64,000 bases of DNA, taken from NCBI GenBank assembly GCA_043228905.1, contig JBHGNT010000017.1, forward strand, positions 11,036,001-11,100,000, given 5' to 3'. This stretch comes from Azolla caroliniana (taxonomy: Eukaryota; Plantae; Polypodiophyta). How positions within the stretch are numbered: the first letter of the stretch is position 1; each line of letters begins with the position of its first letter. Below the pieces are notes generated by a model, which searched no databases, was not told the DNA's origin, and saw nothing but the letters and a program-made list of their open reading frames with translations. Below are positions 1 through 11,483 of the stretch, in pieces. Position numbers and translations under genes: made by a program.

Positions 1-192
1 AACAAAAGCAAGATAAACTACAGAATAACAATTGTGTTGTGCATTTTGGGAGTACAAGATGCACCAATACCTTGTTGGACAAGGCTATTGGAGCTACATC
101 AAAGGAGCGCACGAAGACTGACCCGTCAACACGGCTCCTGGCGTATCTCCGGGAAGGAAGGAATTCGGCGAGAATTCACTTGTTGACATACT

Positions 193-2286
193 TTGCAACA
201 AAACGGAGTAGCCGAGCGCAAAAATCGGCACATCCTCGAAGTAGCGCAGGCCATGATGAACGAGAAGCATATGCCCAAGTCATATTGGGCCGAAGCTGCA
301 AATACGGCCGTCTACCTAATGAACTGGTGCACAACATCCGGCGTGCACGAGGTCAGTTTGCACGAAAAATACTTCGGAAAGAAGCCGGACTTATCGCACA
401 TCCGGATATTCGGCGCGATAGCGTACATGCACATCCCCGACGAGAAGCGTCAAAAGCTTGACCCAAAGTCGGAGAAATGTATCCTCGTAGGATACTCACT
501 CGAACAAAAGGGGTACAAGTGCTACAACCCCTCAACTTGAAAATCTCGAGTAAGTCGAGACGTTGTTTTTGACGAGTCTGCATCCCGGTACGCACCAGAG
601 ACAACTTCGCCTCCGAATCCGCTCGACCTGGAATGTGCCGAACAAGAAATCGTGGATGAAGATCGCCCTACGTGCATGATCAATGAAAGTCCAATCACGA
701 CCCGACTGAGCAAACCACAAGAGCCTTTGAGCGATCAAAGCACATCACGGCCTACCCCGAAGATGGACAAACGCAAGGCAAAAATGGTGGAATACGAAGA
801 CGATCGCTTCGACGATGATGAATCACCTCACTCACTCGACAATGAGTTCAATGGCTTCGATGTACCAATTGGAGCTAAGAAAGCCCTCATCTCTGCAAAT
901 AAAAAGCTCCGCCGATCCACTCGTGAAAAGAACCCCATAAGCCATTTCGGCTACAACGATTATATGGCGTACCATTATGCCTTTATGATGAAGGTATCAA
1001 TAGTGCGGGAGCCAGAAACCTTTTCCCAAGCCGTGAAGGACCCGCGATGGATCGAAGCAATGAACGAGGAGATGTAGGCACTACGGAAGAATGAGATGTG
1101 GGATCTCGTTTCCACCTCACCGCACAAAAAGGTGATCGGATGCAGATGGATCTACAAAGTGAAGTACAACGCCGACGGTTCCGTCAACCGCTACATAGCC
1201 GACTCGTAGCAAAAGGCTACGCACAAATGCATGGAGTTGATTACGAGGAAACCTTTGCCCCGGTGGCAAAGATGACGACGGTACGAACCATAATTGCGCT
1301 TGCCGCGGCGAAAGGGTGGCACCTCCATCAAATGGATGTCAAGAACACCTTTCTACAAGCGAATTAGAAGAGGAGGTGTACATGATCCAACCACCCGGCT
1401 TCAACTCGAGCACCCATCCGAAAGTTGTGTGCCGACTCAAGAAGCCACTCTACGGCCTCAAGCAAGCACCGCGTGCTTGGCATTCGAAGATAATGCAATA
1501 TCTTCATCAAATCGGCTTCCGTATGTCAAAATCGGATAACTCCCTCTACATACGAAGCGATTTTGCAAGTCCGATCATCATCATCTTATATGTGGATGAC
1601 CTAGTCATTGGAGGTGAGCATCTCGTCGAAATCAATAAGGTCAAATCCCTACTTTCCGACAAGTTCGAGATGACAGACATGAAGGAACTCCACTACTTAC
1701 TCGGCATCGAGGTAATTCAGACTCCGGCCGGAATCATGATTTCTCAACGGCACTACATCCTCAACTTGTTATACAAGTTCGGTATGGCTGAGTGCAAATC
1801 CGCGGCAACCCCGCTTGATCGCAATCTCAAACTCGATGCGAACTCCGGCACCAAAGCGTGTGAGCTGACCCAATATCGGCAACTCATCAGGAGTCTCATC
1901 TACCTCACGATCACACGACTCGATCTAGTTATCCGATCGGTCTCCTTTGTCAATTCATGCAAACACCATGTGATACTCACTTGGATTGCGCTAAGTGAGT
2001 TCTACGGTACGTGAGCGGCACAATGGATTGCGGCATCCTCTACAAGACTGCGATGCCAATATGCCTCGAGGGGTACACCAACGCCGTTTGGGCCTGCTAC
2101 AAAGTCGATAGAAGATCAACCTCCGGATTTGTTTTCTCCCTCGGTAGTGGAGCAATATCCTGGAGTAGCAAGAAGCAGCCTACCGTTGCTCTTTTGAGTA
2201 CGGAGGCGGAATACAGGGGCGCAGCCGTAGCTGCGTGTGAAGCCGTATGGCTCAAGAGGATTTTGAAGGATTTGGGTGTACCCATC
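193..2286 (+). pseudogene. pol: copia pol pseudogene, INT-RT-RNase H (5' part)
   Basis: ORF-track fragments 193-540, 652-1077, 1098-1367, 1316-2014 and 2011- carry canonical copia motifs, separated by stops or frameshifts. Confidence 0.92.
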
Positions 2287-2897
2287 TGTTGGGAATCGAT
2301 GCTTCGATTCACCTTCTTCGCCCGGCCACAACCGAGTAATCGCGGATCAATGCAGCAGAAAATAGAAACCAAAAGAGAGAAACACACGAGTACACAGGGA
2401 TTAACGTGGAAAACCCTAGATGGGAAAAACCACGGGAGTACAAGACTCCAAACAACACTATACAAGAGAAGTATACAATGACGAGCTCCAAGGCGACGAC
2501 CTTGAGCTCGCTGTCCTCGCCACAGGCGGCGGAAATACACAGAGGCGTCGTCCTCTTCCTCTCTCGCGCTCTATCTCTCACTCTGTCTCACGGCTGCTCC
2601 CTCTTCACTCCTCTTGAGTGGAAAAACAGAAAAATGATAAGCAACTACAAAACAGTTTGCCCTAAGTCATATTTATACATATATGACTTTGGGGCTATTT
2701 ACAACTATAGCCTCAGGGGCCCATAGCAGACATATTCACGGATATGTCCCTGCATTCGGATCGCTCTCCGGGTACATTCGTCATCCGGCTCCGAAGTCGG
2801 GGTCTTCATCATCCGGTTCCGAAAAACCGAAACCGGGCTTGTCGGCATTCATCTCCGACATCCGACCATCCCATCCGAAGGGACCGTAATCCCAACA
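2287..2897 (-). repeat. 3' LTR of Tork-like copia
   Basis: Direct repeat of 7011-7621, TG...CA ends, adjacent to PPT. Confidence 0.98.
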
Positions 2898-2909
2898 AAC
2901 TCCCCCTTC
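2898..2909 (-). promoter_or_regulatory. Polypurine tract (GAAGGGGGAGTT on - strand)
   Basis: Purine run directly upstream of the 3' LTR, overlapping the ORF stop. Confidence 0.93.
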
Positions 2910-5900
2910 ACTTCGGCATGGGATGTCTTTCCAATCCGATCCTCTTCCGGCATGCTTCCAGCTTGTCGGGTGTGAGCACCTTGGTCAGCATATCCGATCC
3001 GTTCTCGTCCGTGTGGATCTTTGTCAGCACGAACTCCTTGTCTTCTATCCTTTCCCGGATCCAGTGATATCTTCGCTGGATGTGCTTCGTCCGGGAGTGA
3101 TAGGCCGCGTTCTTCGCAAGGTGGATTGCACTCTGACTGTCGCAGTAGAGTCGGTACTCCTCCTGCCGGATACCGAGCTCCCTAATGAAGTCCTTCATCC
3201 ATATTATTTCCTTGCCGGCTTCAACAGCTGCCATGTACTCCGCCTCCGTGGTTGACAACGCAACCGTCTTCTGCAGCCTCGACTGCCACGAAACAGCTCC
3301 CCCTGCATATGTCATCACATACCCTGATGTGGACCGGCTGGTATCTGCATCAGCCGACATATCCGAATCGGTGAAGCCGTCGAGTTCGGGCTTACCGGAG
3401 CCGAATCGGAGGCACACGTTTGCCGTGCCCTTCAGGTATCGGAGTATCCACTTGGCCGCGTTCCAATGCTCTTTGCCGGGATTGCTCATGTACCGGCTCA
3501 CCACTCCGACTGCATATCCTATGTCCGGTCTCGTACACACCATGGCGTACATCAAGCTCCCGACGGCTGAGGCATACGGCACTTTCATCATATCCTCCTT
3601 TTCAGCCTTTGTCTTGGGACTTTGCTTGCTGGACAGCTTGCAGTTTGCCGGGAGGGTCGATCCGACCGGTCTTGCTTCCGACATGTTGAACCGGTGAAGC
3701 ACCTTCGTCACGTACTTCTCCTGTGACAGCCACAACTGCTTCTTGCTCCGGTCCCGGATGATGTGCATCCCTAGTATTTGTCTCGCCGGACCCAGGTCCT
3801 TCATTGAGAAGGTTCGGTGAAGAGCCTTCTTCAGCATCCGGATCTTGACCTGGTCCCGTCCGACGATCAACATGTCGTCCACGTACAGGAGGAGTACTAG
3901 AAAGTCTCCTCCTTCGAACTTCTTCACAAACACGCAGTGGTCGGACTGCGTTTTGAGGTACCCTTCGTCGGTCATGAAGGAGTCGAACTTCCGGTACCAT
4001 TGCCGGGGAGCCTGCTTCAGTCCGTAAAGGCTCTTCTTCAACCGGCATACCAGGTGCTCCTTCCCTTTCTTCTCGAATCCTTCCGGTTGCTGCATGTAGA
4101 TCTCTTCATCGAGGTCACCGTGAAGGAATGCCGTCTTCACGTCCATCTGTTCTACCTCGAGGTCCATGCTTGCCGCTATGTTCAGCACCGTCCGGATGGA
4201 GGTCATCTTCACTACCGGGGCAAATATCTCGTCGAAGTCGACGCCCTTCTTCTGCTGAAACCCCTTCACCACGATCCTGGCTTTGTATCTCGGGGGGTTT
4301 CCGGCATCTCCCGGTTTCAGCTTGAACACCCACTTGTTTCGAAGTGCCCGCTTTCCTTTCGGCAACTCCACAAGTTCATATGTGTGGTTCTCATGCAGGG
4401 AATCCATTTCGTCCTGCATGGCACTCAACCACTTGCGGCTCTGGGTGTCATGTTTTGCTTCTTCAAAGCTCTCCGGCTCCCCCTCGTCGGTTAGCAGCAC
4501 GTGCTCTGGTTCCGGAAATCTCCGGGGGGCCCTTCTCTCTCTTAGAGGATATCTCCGTTCTGGAGCTTCGGTAACCGGTTCTTCCGATTCTTCTTCATCT
4601 GAATCCATTTCGGGATCGGGGCCGGTTCCGGTATCGTTTTCATCTTCTTCGGCCGGTTCTGTTTCTTCACCGTCTTCGGCCGGATCCTCGAGTGCTAACC
4701 GGTCCCTTGCCGGTCGGGACTGCTCCTTGTAGAGTTGATCCTCACCGGTCGACTTGGAGCTATTTACCTTCTTCTCCGACTCCCAGTCGGCGAGTGTCTT
4801 GTCCTCCATGAAGATGATGTCTCGACTCCTGAATATCTTCTTGTCGACCGGGTCCCATACTCGGTAGCCGAACTCGTCATCGCCGTAACCGAGGAATATG
4901 CATGGCCGGGTCTTTGGATCTAGCTTTCCTCTCCGGTCCTTTGCCACATGCACGTATGCGAGACACCCGAACACCTTCAGATGCCGGTAGGACACTTCCT
5001 TACCGGTCCACACTTTCTGCGGCGTGTCTCCGTCCAAAGGTACTGAGGGTGATCTGTTTATCACGTATGTCGCCGTCGACATTGCCTCAGCCCAAAACCC
5101 CTTGGGTAATTTCGCATGCGCCAGCATACTCCGGACCCTCTCCATTATGGTCCGGTTCATCTTCTCGGCCAGCCCGTTCAGTTCCGGCGTCTTCGGCACA
5201 GTAAACTCGAGTCGGATTCCCTTCGAGCGACAGTACTCCTGGAACTGCCCCCGGTATTCCCCTCCGTTATCCGCTCGTATCGCTTTCAGCTCCTTGCCGG
5301 ATTCCCTTTCCACTCTCGCGTGGAGTTCTTTGAAGACGCACAACACTTGGTCCTTTGTCTTCATCGGTGCCGTCCACAGTTTTCGGCTATGATCATCGAT
5401 GAATGTTACGAAGTACTGGGCTCCGCCATGTGACTTCGTTTCTACCTGACACACGTCAGTGTGCACCAACTCCAATGGTGCGCTACGTCTCGTCGGTGGC
5501 TTTGAGTGGAAGGAGGTTCGGTTCTGCTTACCGGCCAGGCAATTGGTGCACTTCTCCAGGTGCACATGCTTCACTGGGATAAGGTTGTCTTCTGCAAGCC
5601 TCTTCATCCCCTTCTCACTCATGTGGCACAGTCTCTTGTGCCACAGCTCACCGGCAGTGTCGGCTGCCACATTCAGCTCTTCCGGACATAACCAGGCATT
5701 CATCAGGTACAGTGTGTTGACTTTCCGGGCCCGAGCCACTATCAGGCTCCCCTTGCTGAACTTCATTACGCCCTTCCGGATGCTACCTGTGTAGCCTTCA
5801 TCGTCTAGCCTCCCGGCCGAAATCAGGTTCAATCGAACCTCCGGAACGTGTCGGACATCCTTCAACAGCATTTTGCATCCGGTCGGGGTTGTCAACCACA

Positions 5901-6981
5901 CGTCTCCTATGCCGGAAATCCGGCACGTACCTTCATTTCCCATCCGAACACAGCCATGCTCACCGGCTGTGTAGGATGAGAAGTATCTTCTCTCCGGGGT
6001 CAGGTGGAACGATGCTCCGGAATCGACCACCCAGGTCGTCTCATCGCCGGCAACATTTAGCTCACCTTCTTCGGTGATGAGCATGATTTCTTCCTCACTT
6101 GCCGCGAGTGCCGTTGTTCCTTTCCGGTCCTGCCCTCGCCGATCCGAACCTCTCCGGTCCGTGGCTCCCCGGTATGCACCGTTTCTCTCCGGTGACTTCT
6201 TCGAATCGGTGTCGTCGGCTCCGTTGTCTTTTCGGTAATGCCGACAATTCTTTCGAAAGTGCCCCGGCTTCCCACAGTGGAAGCATGTGGGCCTTCCTCT
6301 TGACTGCGACCGGGTCCCCGACTTCTCCCGTCTTTGCGGACTCCGGTTCCATTGCCTTCCCCGATCCGATTCGGTAAGCAGCGCCTTCGAGTCGGAGGCC
6401 GGTTCTTTATCTCTCCGACGCGCTTCTTCGTTCAAAATACTTGTCTTTACCGTTTGCAAGGACAAGTTATCTTCTGTGCAGGAGGTGCTGAGAGTCACCA
6501 CCAAGTTCTCCCAGCTTTCCGGCAATGTACACATCAGGATGATGGCTTGCATTGCATCCTCCAACGGGAACTTGATCGCCGCAAGCTGATTCACGAATCC
6601 CATGAACGTGCTTACGTGTTCCACCATACTCTCGCCGTCCCGGTACTTGAGATTCACTATCTTCCTCATCAGGGAGGTCCGGTTCAACGCATTCTTCCTC
6701 TCGTAGAGGCCCGACAGCTTCTTCCACATCTCATATGCGTTGGTGTCGTTTGCCACATGTTGTAGGACGCTTACATCGACATATTGTCGGATCGTCGCTA
6801 CGGCTTTCCGGTTCAGGAGCTTCCACTCCGACTCAAGTACCCCTTTCGGTATTTCCGACCTGTCAATCGGTTCGTACAGGTCCCGAACAATCAGAAGATC
6901 CTCCATCTTGATCTTCCAGTCGGCGTAATTCTGTGCATTCAGCACCATCATCCCCGGCTGCCCGCTGCCGCCGCCTTCCAT
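2908..6981 (-). CDS. gag-pol: Copia Gag-Pol polyprotein (gag, CCHC knuckle, PR, INT, RT, RNase H), 1357 aa
   Basis: First ATG at 6981; CFHCGKPGHFRKNC knuckle, WVVDSGAS protease, WHKRLCH..CTNC zinc finger, HTDVC/DNGGEY/AEKMNRT DDE, LLYVDDML RT, DSDM..TEAEY..CDSQSA..SDMLTK RNase H; no stops. Confidence 0.97.
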   Translation of the reverse strand: MEGGGSGQPGMMVLNAQNYADWKIKMEDLLIVRDLYEPIDRSEIPKGVLESEWKLLNRKAVATIRQYVDVSVLQHVANDTNAYEMWKKLSGLYERKNALNRTSLMRKIVNLKYRDGESMVEHVSTFMGFVNQLAAIKFPLEDAMQAIILMCTLPESWENLVVTLSTSCTEDNLSLQTVKTSILNEEARRRDKEPASDSKALLTESDRGRQWNRSPQRREKSGTRSQSRGRPTCFHCGKPGHFRKNCRHYRKDNGADDTDSKKSPERNGAYRGATDRRGSDRRGQDRKGTTALAASEEEIMLITEEGELNVAGDETTWVVDSGASFHLTPERRYFSSYTAGEHGCVRMGNEGTCRISGIGDVWLTTPTGCKMLLKDVRHVPEVRLNLISAGRLDDEGYTGSIRKGVMKFSKGSLIVARARKVNTLYLMNAWLCPEELNVAADTAGELWHKRLCHMSEKGMKRLAEDNLIPVKHVHLEKCTNCLAGKQNRTSFHSKPPTRRSAPLELVHTDVCQVETKSHGGAQYFVTFIDDHSRKLWTAPMKTKDQVLCVFKELHARVERESGKELKAIRADNGGEYRGQFQEYCRSKGIRLEFTVPKTPELNGLAEKMNRTIMERVRSMLAHAKLPKGFWAEAMSTATYVINRSPSVPLDGDTPQKVWTGKEVSYRHLKVFGCLAYVHVAKDRRGKLDPKTRPCIFLGYGDDEFGYRVWDPVDKKIFRSRDIIFMEDKTLADWESEKKVNSSKSTGEDQLYKEQSRPARDRLALEDPAEDGEETEPAEEDENDTGTGPDPEMDSDEEESEEPVTEAPERRYPLRERRAPRRFPEPEHVLLTDEGEPESFEEAKHDTQSRKWLSAMQDEMDSLHENHTYELVELPKGKRALRNKWVFKLKPGDAGNPPRYKARIVVKGFQQKKGVDFDEIFAPVVKMTSIRTVLNIAASMDLEVEQMDVKTAFLHGDLDEEIYMQQPEGFEKKGKEHLVCRLKKSLYGLKQAPRQWYRKFDSFMTDEGYLKTQSDHCVFVKKFEGGDFLVLLLYVDDMLIVGRDQVKIRMLKKALHRTFSMKDLGPARQILGMHIIRDRSKKQLWLSQEKYVTKVLHRFNMSEARPVGSTLPANCKLSSKQSPKTKAEKEDMMKVPYASAVGSLMYAMVCTRPDIGYAVGVVSRYMSNPGKEHWNAAKWILRYLKGTANVCLRFGSGKPELDGFTDSDMSADADTSRSTSGYVMTYAGGAVSWQSRLQKTVALSTTEAEYMAAVEAGKEIIWMKDFIRELGIRQEEYRLYCDSQSAIHLAKNAAYHSRTKHIQRRYHWIRERIEDKEFVLTKIHTDENGSDMLTKVLTPDKLEACRKRIGLERHPMPK

Positions 6982-6995
6982 TTTCTGCAACAGTC

Positions 6996-7007
6996 GCTCT
7001 GATACCA
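6996..7007 (-). promoter_or_regulatory. Primer binding site for tRNA-iMet (TGGTATCAGAGC)
   Basis: Exact canonical plant iMet PBS, 3 nt inside the 5' LTR. Confidence 0.97.
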
Positions 7008-7010
7008 GTT

Positions 7011-7621
7011 TGTTGGGAATCGATGCTTCGATTCACCTTCTTCGCCCGGCCACAACCGAGTAATCGCGGATCAATGCAGCAGAAAATAGAAACCAAAAGA
7101 GAGAAACACACGAGTACACAGGGATTAACGTGGAAAACCCTAGATGGGAAAAACCACGGGAGTACAAGACTCCAAACAACACTATACAAGAGAAGTATAC
7201 AATGACGAGCTCCAAGGCGACGACCTTGAGCTCGCTGTCCTCGCCACAGGCGGCGGAAATACACAGAGGCGTCGTCCTCTTCCTCTCTCGCGCTCTATCT
7301 CTCACTCTGTCTCACGGCTGCTCCCTCTTCACTCCTCTTGAGTGGAAAAACAGAAAAATGATAAGCAACTACAAAACAGTTTGCCCTAAGTCATATTTAT
7401 ACATATATGACTTTGGGGCTATTTACAACTATAGCCTCAGGGGCCCATAGCAGACATATTCACGGATATGTCCCTGCATTCGGATCGCTCTCCGGGTACA
7501 TTCGTCATCCGGCTCCGAAGTCGGGGTCTTCATCATCCGGTTCCGAAAAACCGAAACCGGGCTTGTCGGCATTCATCTCCGACATCCGACCATCCCATCC
7601 GAAGGGACCGTAATCCCAACA
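7011..7621 (-). repeat. 5' LTR of Tork-like copia
   Basis: Direct repeat of 2287-2897, next to the PBS. Confidence 0.98.
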
Positions 7622-7626
7622 CCATC

Positions 7627-7959
7627 AAGGATCCGATTTCCCTTTACTGCGACAACATGAGCAGTATCTATCTGGTTCGGAACCCGGTGTTCCACGCGCG
7701 AACAAAGCACATCGAAGTGCACTATCACTTCATCCGAGAGCGTGTTCTAGCTTGCGATGTCGACCTACAACACATAAGCACCAATCTTCAAACGACCGAC
7801 ATCTTCACTAAAGCCTTAGGAGCCGACAAGCTATGGCAATTCATGACCAATCTCGGACTGACGATCCCTGACCTGCCAAGCTTGAGGGGGAGTACTAAAG
7901 ACATTACGCAACAACGCGTGGATTCCGCAAACCGCACACACTACGCAATAACGCGTTGA
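7627..7959 (+). pseudogene. pol: copia RNase H C-terminal part (continues from 2286)
   Basis: KDPISLYCDNMSSIYLVRNPVFHARTKHIEVHYHFIRERV...DIFTKAL resumes after the TSD. Confidence 0.92.
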
Positions 7960-8190
7960 TTACGCAACCGCGCAACGAAGCCGCGAAGAGCCTATCTACC
8001 GCGCAAAGCCGCGAAGAAAGATGCAAGTTGAAGCGCAGACTTCGCAACTACACACAACGCAAGCTGGATCACGGATTCCGCAACTCCGCATAAATGTGAG
8101 TCGACGCGAGTTGACACGGACTCTGAAGCGCGAGTCGAAGCGGATTCCGGATACCGTTTGAAACAGACCCGACCTGAGCTTGAGGGGGCG

Positions 8191-8560
8191 TGTTGAGAAT
8201 CAAGCTCAACTTGGTCTACTGTGTGAACTCACCTTGAGAGTGAATAGACACTCCAACGGTCAAGAGTCACCATTAAGTCACCTCTTTGTATTCTAGCATT
8301 TAGTATGAGTCATAGAATCATATTCTATGACACATAACTTATGAGCTTTCACATTCCCCATGCTCCATGAGTCTTGTAGTTAATGAAGAGAGAGGGTGAC
8401 TATATAAGGCACCCTCCTCCCACCTTGCATTGTGTTGAGTCTTTCTCCTTTGTTAATATACTCTTACCTTACGTATTCTTTGTGTCTTATTCCTTGTCTC
8501 TCTCACTCTCTCTCTCTCTCATACACACACATAACTCATATCTCTTCCTTCCGCTTCACA
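8191..8560 (+). repeat. 3' LTR of the old copia element
   Basis: Preceded by PPT TGAGGGGGCG (8181-8190); starts TGTTG; TATA-like CTATATAAG ~8400; CT-rich tract; ends CTTCACA, where - strand transposase coding sequence takes over. Confidence 0.75.
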
Positions 8561-11295
8561 AGAATCCATATCCGATTCTTTATAGTAGCTTAGCACCTTT
8601 ATTATCCAACTGCTCCGATGTAAGAGCACACTTGATCACAGCCCCCGCGCGATTGTGCTCTCCCTTTCCATGTCCAGACCCGAAGTAATTCCATTGCATC
8701 CTAATGTTTGTCAATGAGAAGTATCTAGGTGTTTTGCATGACAGCTAACCAACAAACATAATTAATTGCATGACTTAAACCATAATTATTACTTATACAT
8801 GAGTGAACAATACTAATATTTGAATCAATACAAATGAACAAGAGAGGATAGCACTAAATTATTGATTAGTACTAATGCACGAGAGAGGATAATACTAAGT
8901 TGGAAATTAAAACTAACAAATGAGAGAGGGAAGTGGTAAGTTATTAATTAGTACTGATGCACGAGAAAGGATAGTACTAAGTTGGAAATTAGTACTAACA
9001 AACGAGAGAGGGGAGTGGTAAGTTACTAATCAATACTAATGCATGAGAGAGAACAGCCATAAGTTATAAGTTGGTCGTAATGTACAGAGTTGGAGAGTAC
9101 TAAGTTATTAATTAGTACTAATGCATGACAATGGACAGTCCTAAGTTATAGGTTGGTCTTAATGAACAAAGTTGGACAATACTAAGTTAATGGATAGTAC
9201 TAATGAACATGGTTGGATATTAATAAGTTAATAATTAGTATTAATGAGAGAGAACAATCCTAAGTTATAAATTAGTACTAATGAACAAAGTTGATTATAG
9301 CTAAGTTACTAATTAGTACAAACATTACTGAGAGGGGGCAATCCTAAGTTATAATTTAGTACTTGTACATGTGCACCTTTGGGGACAATACTATGTTGTA
9401 AATTACGGATACATTACAAGGACTCAACCTTAATTAGTACTTGTACATGTAGGATGACAGTAGTAACCTGTAAGTTAAGTTTACTTAACATTGTTATTAC
9501 CATAATCAGTACTAGTGAATCTAGGTGCATGTCATTCAGTATTTTATACAAACATTTCTAAGTACTATGGAGTATTACCAAAATAGACTTCCATTTATAA
9601 GTTCCAAACATATGGATTATTCCTCACCTTGCAATGAAGTAGAAGGATCGGGCCGCCTTAAATTGTGAGGCAGCACCATCAAACCAAACCCAATGCCGAT
9701 TAAAGTTAACATCCAAGACAATAAATCTGCATGGTGAAGCTTAAAACAATGTTGAACAAATAGCGTATTGTGCTTTTTATCATCTGAAATGTAGAATATT
9801 GATTTCTTATGTAACTCGCTGTCTTTTCTCTAGTAGCAAATATGTACAAGTATTGTACATTAGTCATTATACCAATGCATTGATTGAACCTCATTTTGAA
9901 CTTTAAATGTATAGTTCTCTGCAAAGTCAATAACAGATACTATAACATATGGTGGTAAGTTATTTATACATTCCTTGAACTGTGAATTTTGCCAATAACT
10001 CCTACAGTTATGTGGAATGAACTCCTCGAGTTGGTTCTTAAACTCAGAGACAAGGGTAGCAACACATGTCTCCTTATATACTTCCTTGATACGCTTACTA
10101 ACAAGACCCTTACCTATATTTTCTGTCACATACTCTAAATATTTCCATTTCACAATATGACAGTTATCTACATCAAGCTCTTGTCTACAAAATGGTGGTT
10201 GTGGGCAAACTTTACATGTTCTTAGAAGACATGTACGATTATGCCACTCAGATGATGGTTGTTTTTCACAAACAAAAGACCTCCATATCTCAAAAACCGA
10301 TGCGTAAGTCATGTTTCGTGCATTACATCTATTGTCACTCCCATTTGGTCTACATACCTCACAAGTGCAAATACACCCATCCCCGTGTATACCCTTAGAA
10401 TCAGTACGCATACTGTTCAGGCCAAGCCTTAACATGTCCATTTTAATGTGGTACACACAACAACATGTGTTCCTCTCTTTTAACTTTCTAACAAAAAACG
10501 GTTTCAAACCTTGGAACTTGCAAAATCCAAGATTGATGTTAGGATGTTGGTCTTTGAAGTTCATGAACAATTCCGCTTACATCACTCAATAAATAACAAA
10601 TGTTAATAGAATCCTTTAGTACAAAAAAATATATAAAAACAAATAGATAAAAACAAAAGAATTACCTCAGTCATCTCCAAGAAGTGTCTTGGGTGAATTT
10701 GGTACCTACCCCGACTTATACGTTGTCTACATACATCTTTTTTATTCGGTGAGACACGAGTGTTTTTTGTCCAAAAGGAATCCACTTTCTCAACAATCTC
10801 TTGAGACAAGGCGTCACATCATCGTCTACGGCCTAACCCCAACCACTTAAATTGATTTGACTGTATATTTGTCTGATGCTTCGTCAAGTTTCTTCTTTGA
10901 ATACCAAGGGCTAAGACAACTTTAGTATCACTATATTTTTTTTTGGTTGTACCATTTACAACCATGTGAAGGGCTACTCTTTTTGCACCAAGCTTATCTA
11001 TGCTCTCTACCCCTTTCACTAAGTGTAGCGATGACTTCATAGACTCTACAATCTCCTCTGAAACACTTTGGTCCCTAATCTTAATATTTTCCATGCACTC
11101 ATTCAAAAGTTGATGGTGTAACACTCTAAAGATAATATCCCTACGATCTTCCTTGGTAAATCTCTCAATTACTTCTAGTAAATAACGAACTATGTGAAGA
11201 ACCACCCGTCTCTTGCTCCTCTCAGACATAGAATTGCTACATGACAACTCGCTCTCCTTCACATTTACCATTGCCACTCTCATGTATTCCAACAC
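8561..11295 (-). pseudogene. Intron-containing DDE transposase pseudogene (DFAENY / WxDGxxxQFK / GHGKGExD family, Sola2-like)
   Basis: Cys-rich region (RNTCCCVYH, CKVC), IDFAENYTFKVQNEVQSMHW (~9870-9930), FYISDDKKH, WVWFDGAASQFK (~9660-9695), and after an in-frame GT-AG intron (8725-9627) MQWNYFGSGHGKGEHNRAG (~8645-8700). A second short intron is likely at ~10575-10665. Stops and a frameshift present; 3' end cut by the copia LTR. Confidence 0.8.
8725..9627 (-). other. 903-nt GT-AG intron filled with degenerate AGTACT/TACTAA minisatellite (~29-nt halves)
   Basis: Donor AG|GTGAGG at 9627, acceptor CCTAG|ATAC at 8725; splicing restores the frame (..FIAR/YFSLTNIRMQW..); repeated 'tactaagtta..attagtactaatg' units at ~8800-9500. 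Confidence 0.75.
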
Positions 11296-11483
11296 CTAAT
11301 TTCTTGTTATTTCAGTACCTAATTAACCACATCAACCAGTTTTCGAATAAACATGTACGATAATACCACACACATATATTCCTTTAACAAAACAATACAA
11401 TACTAAGAAAGACAACCATACCAACAGGCTAATATAAAAGTCAAGTTTAAGGTGTTATCCACAAGTGCCGAACATTAGTGGCA

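Larger units (their letters stand above)
2287..7621 (-). mobile_element. Intact, very young Ty1/copia element (Tnt1/Tork-like)
   Basis: 611-bp LTRs at 2287-2897 and 7011-7621 (TGTTGGGA...TCCCAACA), no differences seen; 5-bp TSD CCATC (2282-2286, 7622-7626); tRNA-iMet PBS; PPT; one uninterrupted polyprotein ORF. Confidence 0.98.
1..8560 (+). mobile_element. Degenerate Ty1/copia LTR retrotransposon (5' end outside window), interrupted at 2287-7621 by a younger copia
   Basis: Gag N-terminal fragment (MHQYLVGQGYWSYIKG, ~59-110) fused by deletion to integrase C-half (QQNGVAERKNRH...KLDPKSEKC), RT ([26 protein letters not shown]) and RNase H (KKQPTVALLSTEAEY | CDNMSSI...RTKHIEVHYHFIRE...DIFTKAL). 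INT-RT-RH order is copia-type. Several stops and frameshifts. Confidence 0.93.

Noticed and set aside
2923-7002. Many antisense and overlapping ORFs in the ORF track (also over A and D)
   Set aside because: Shadow ORFs of GC-rich coding sequence with no motifs.
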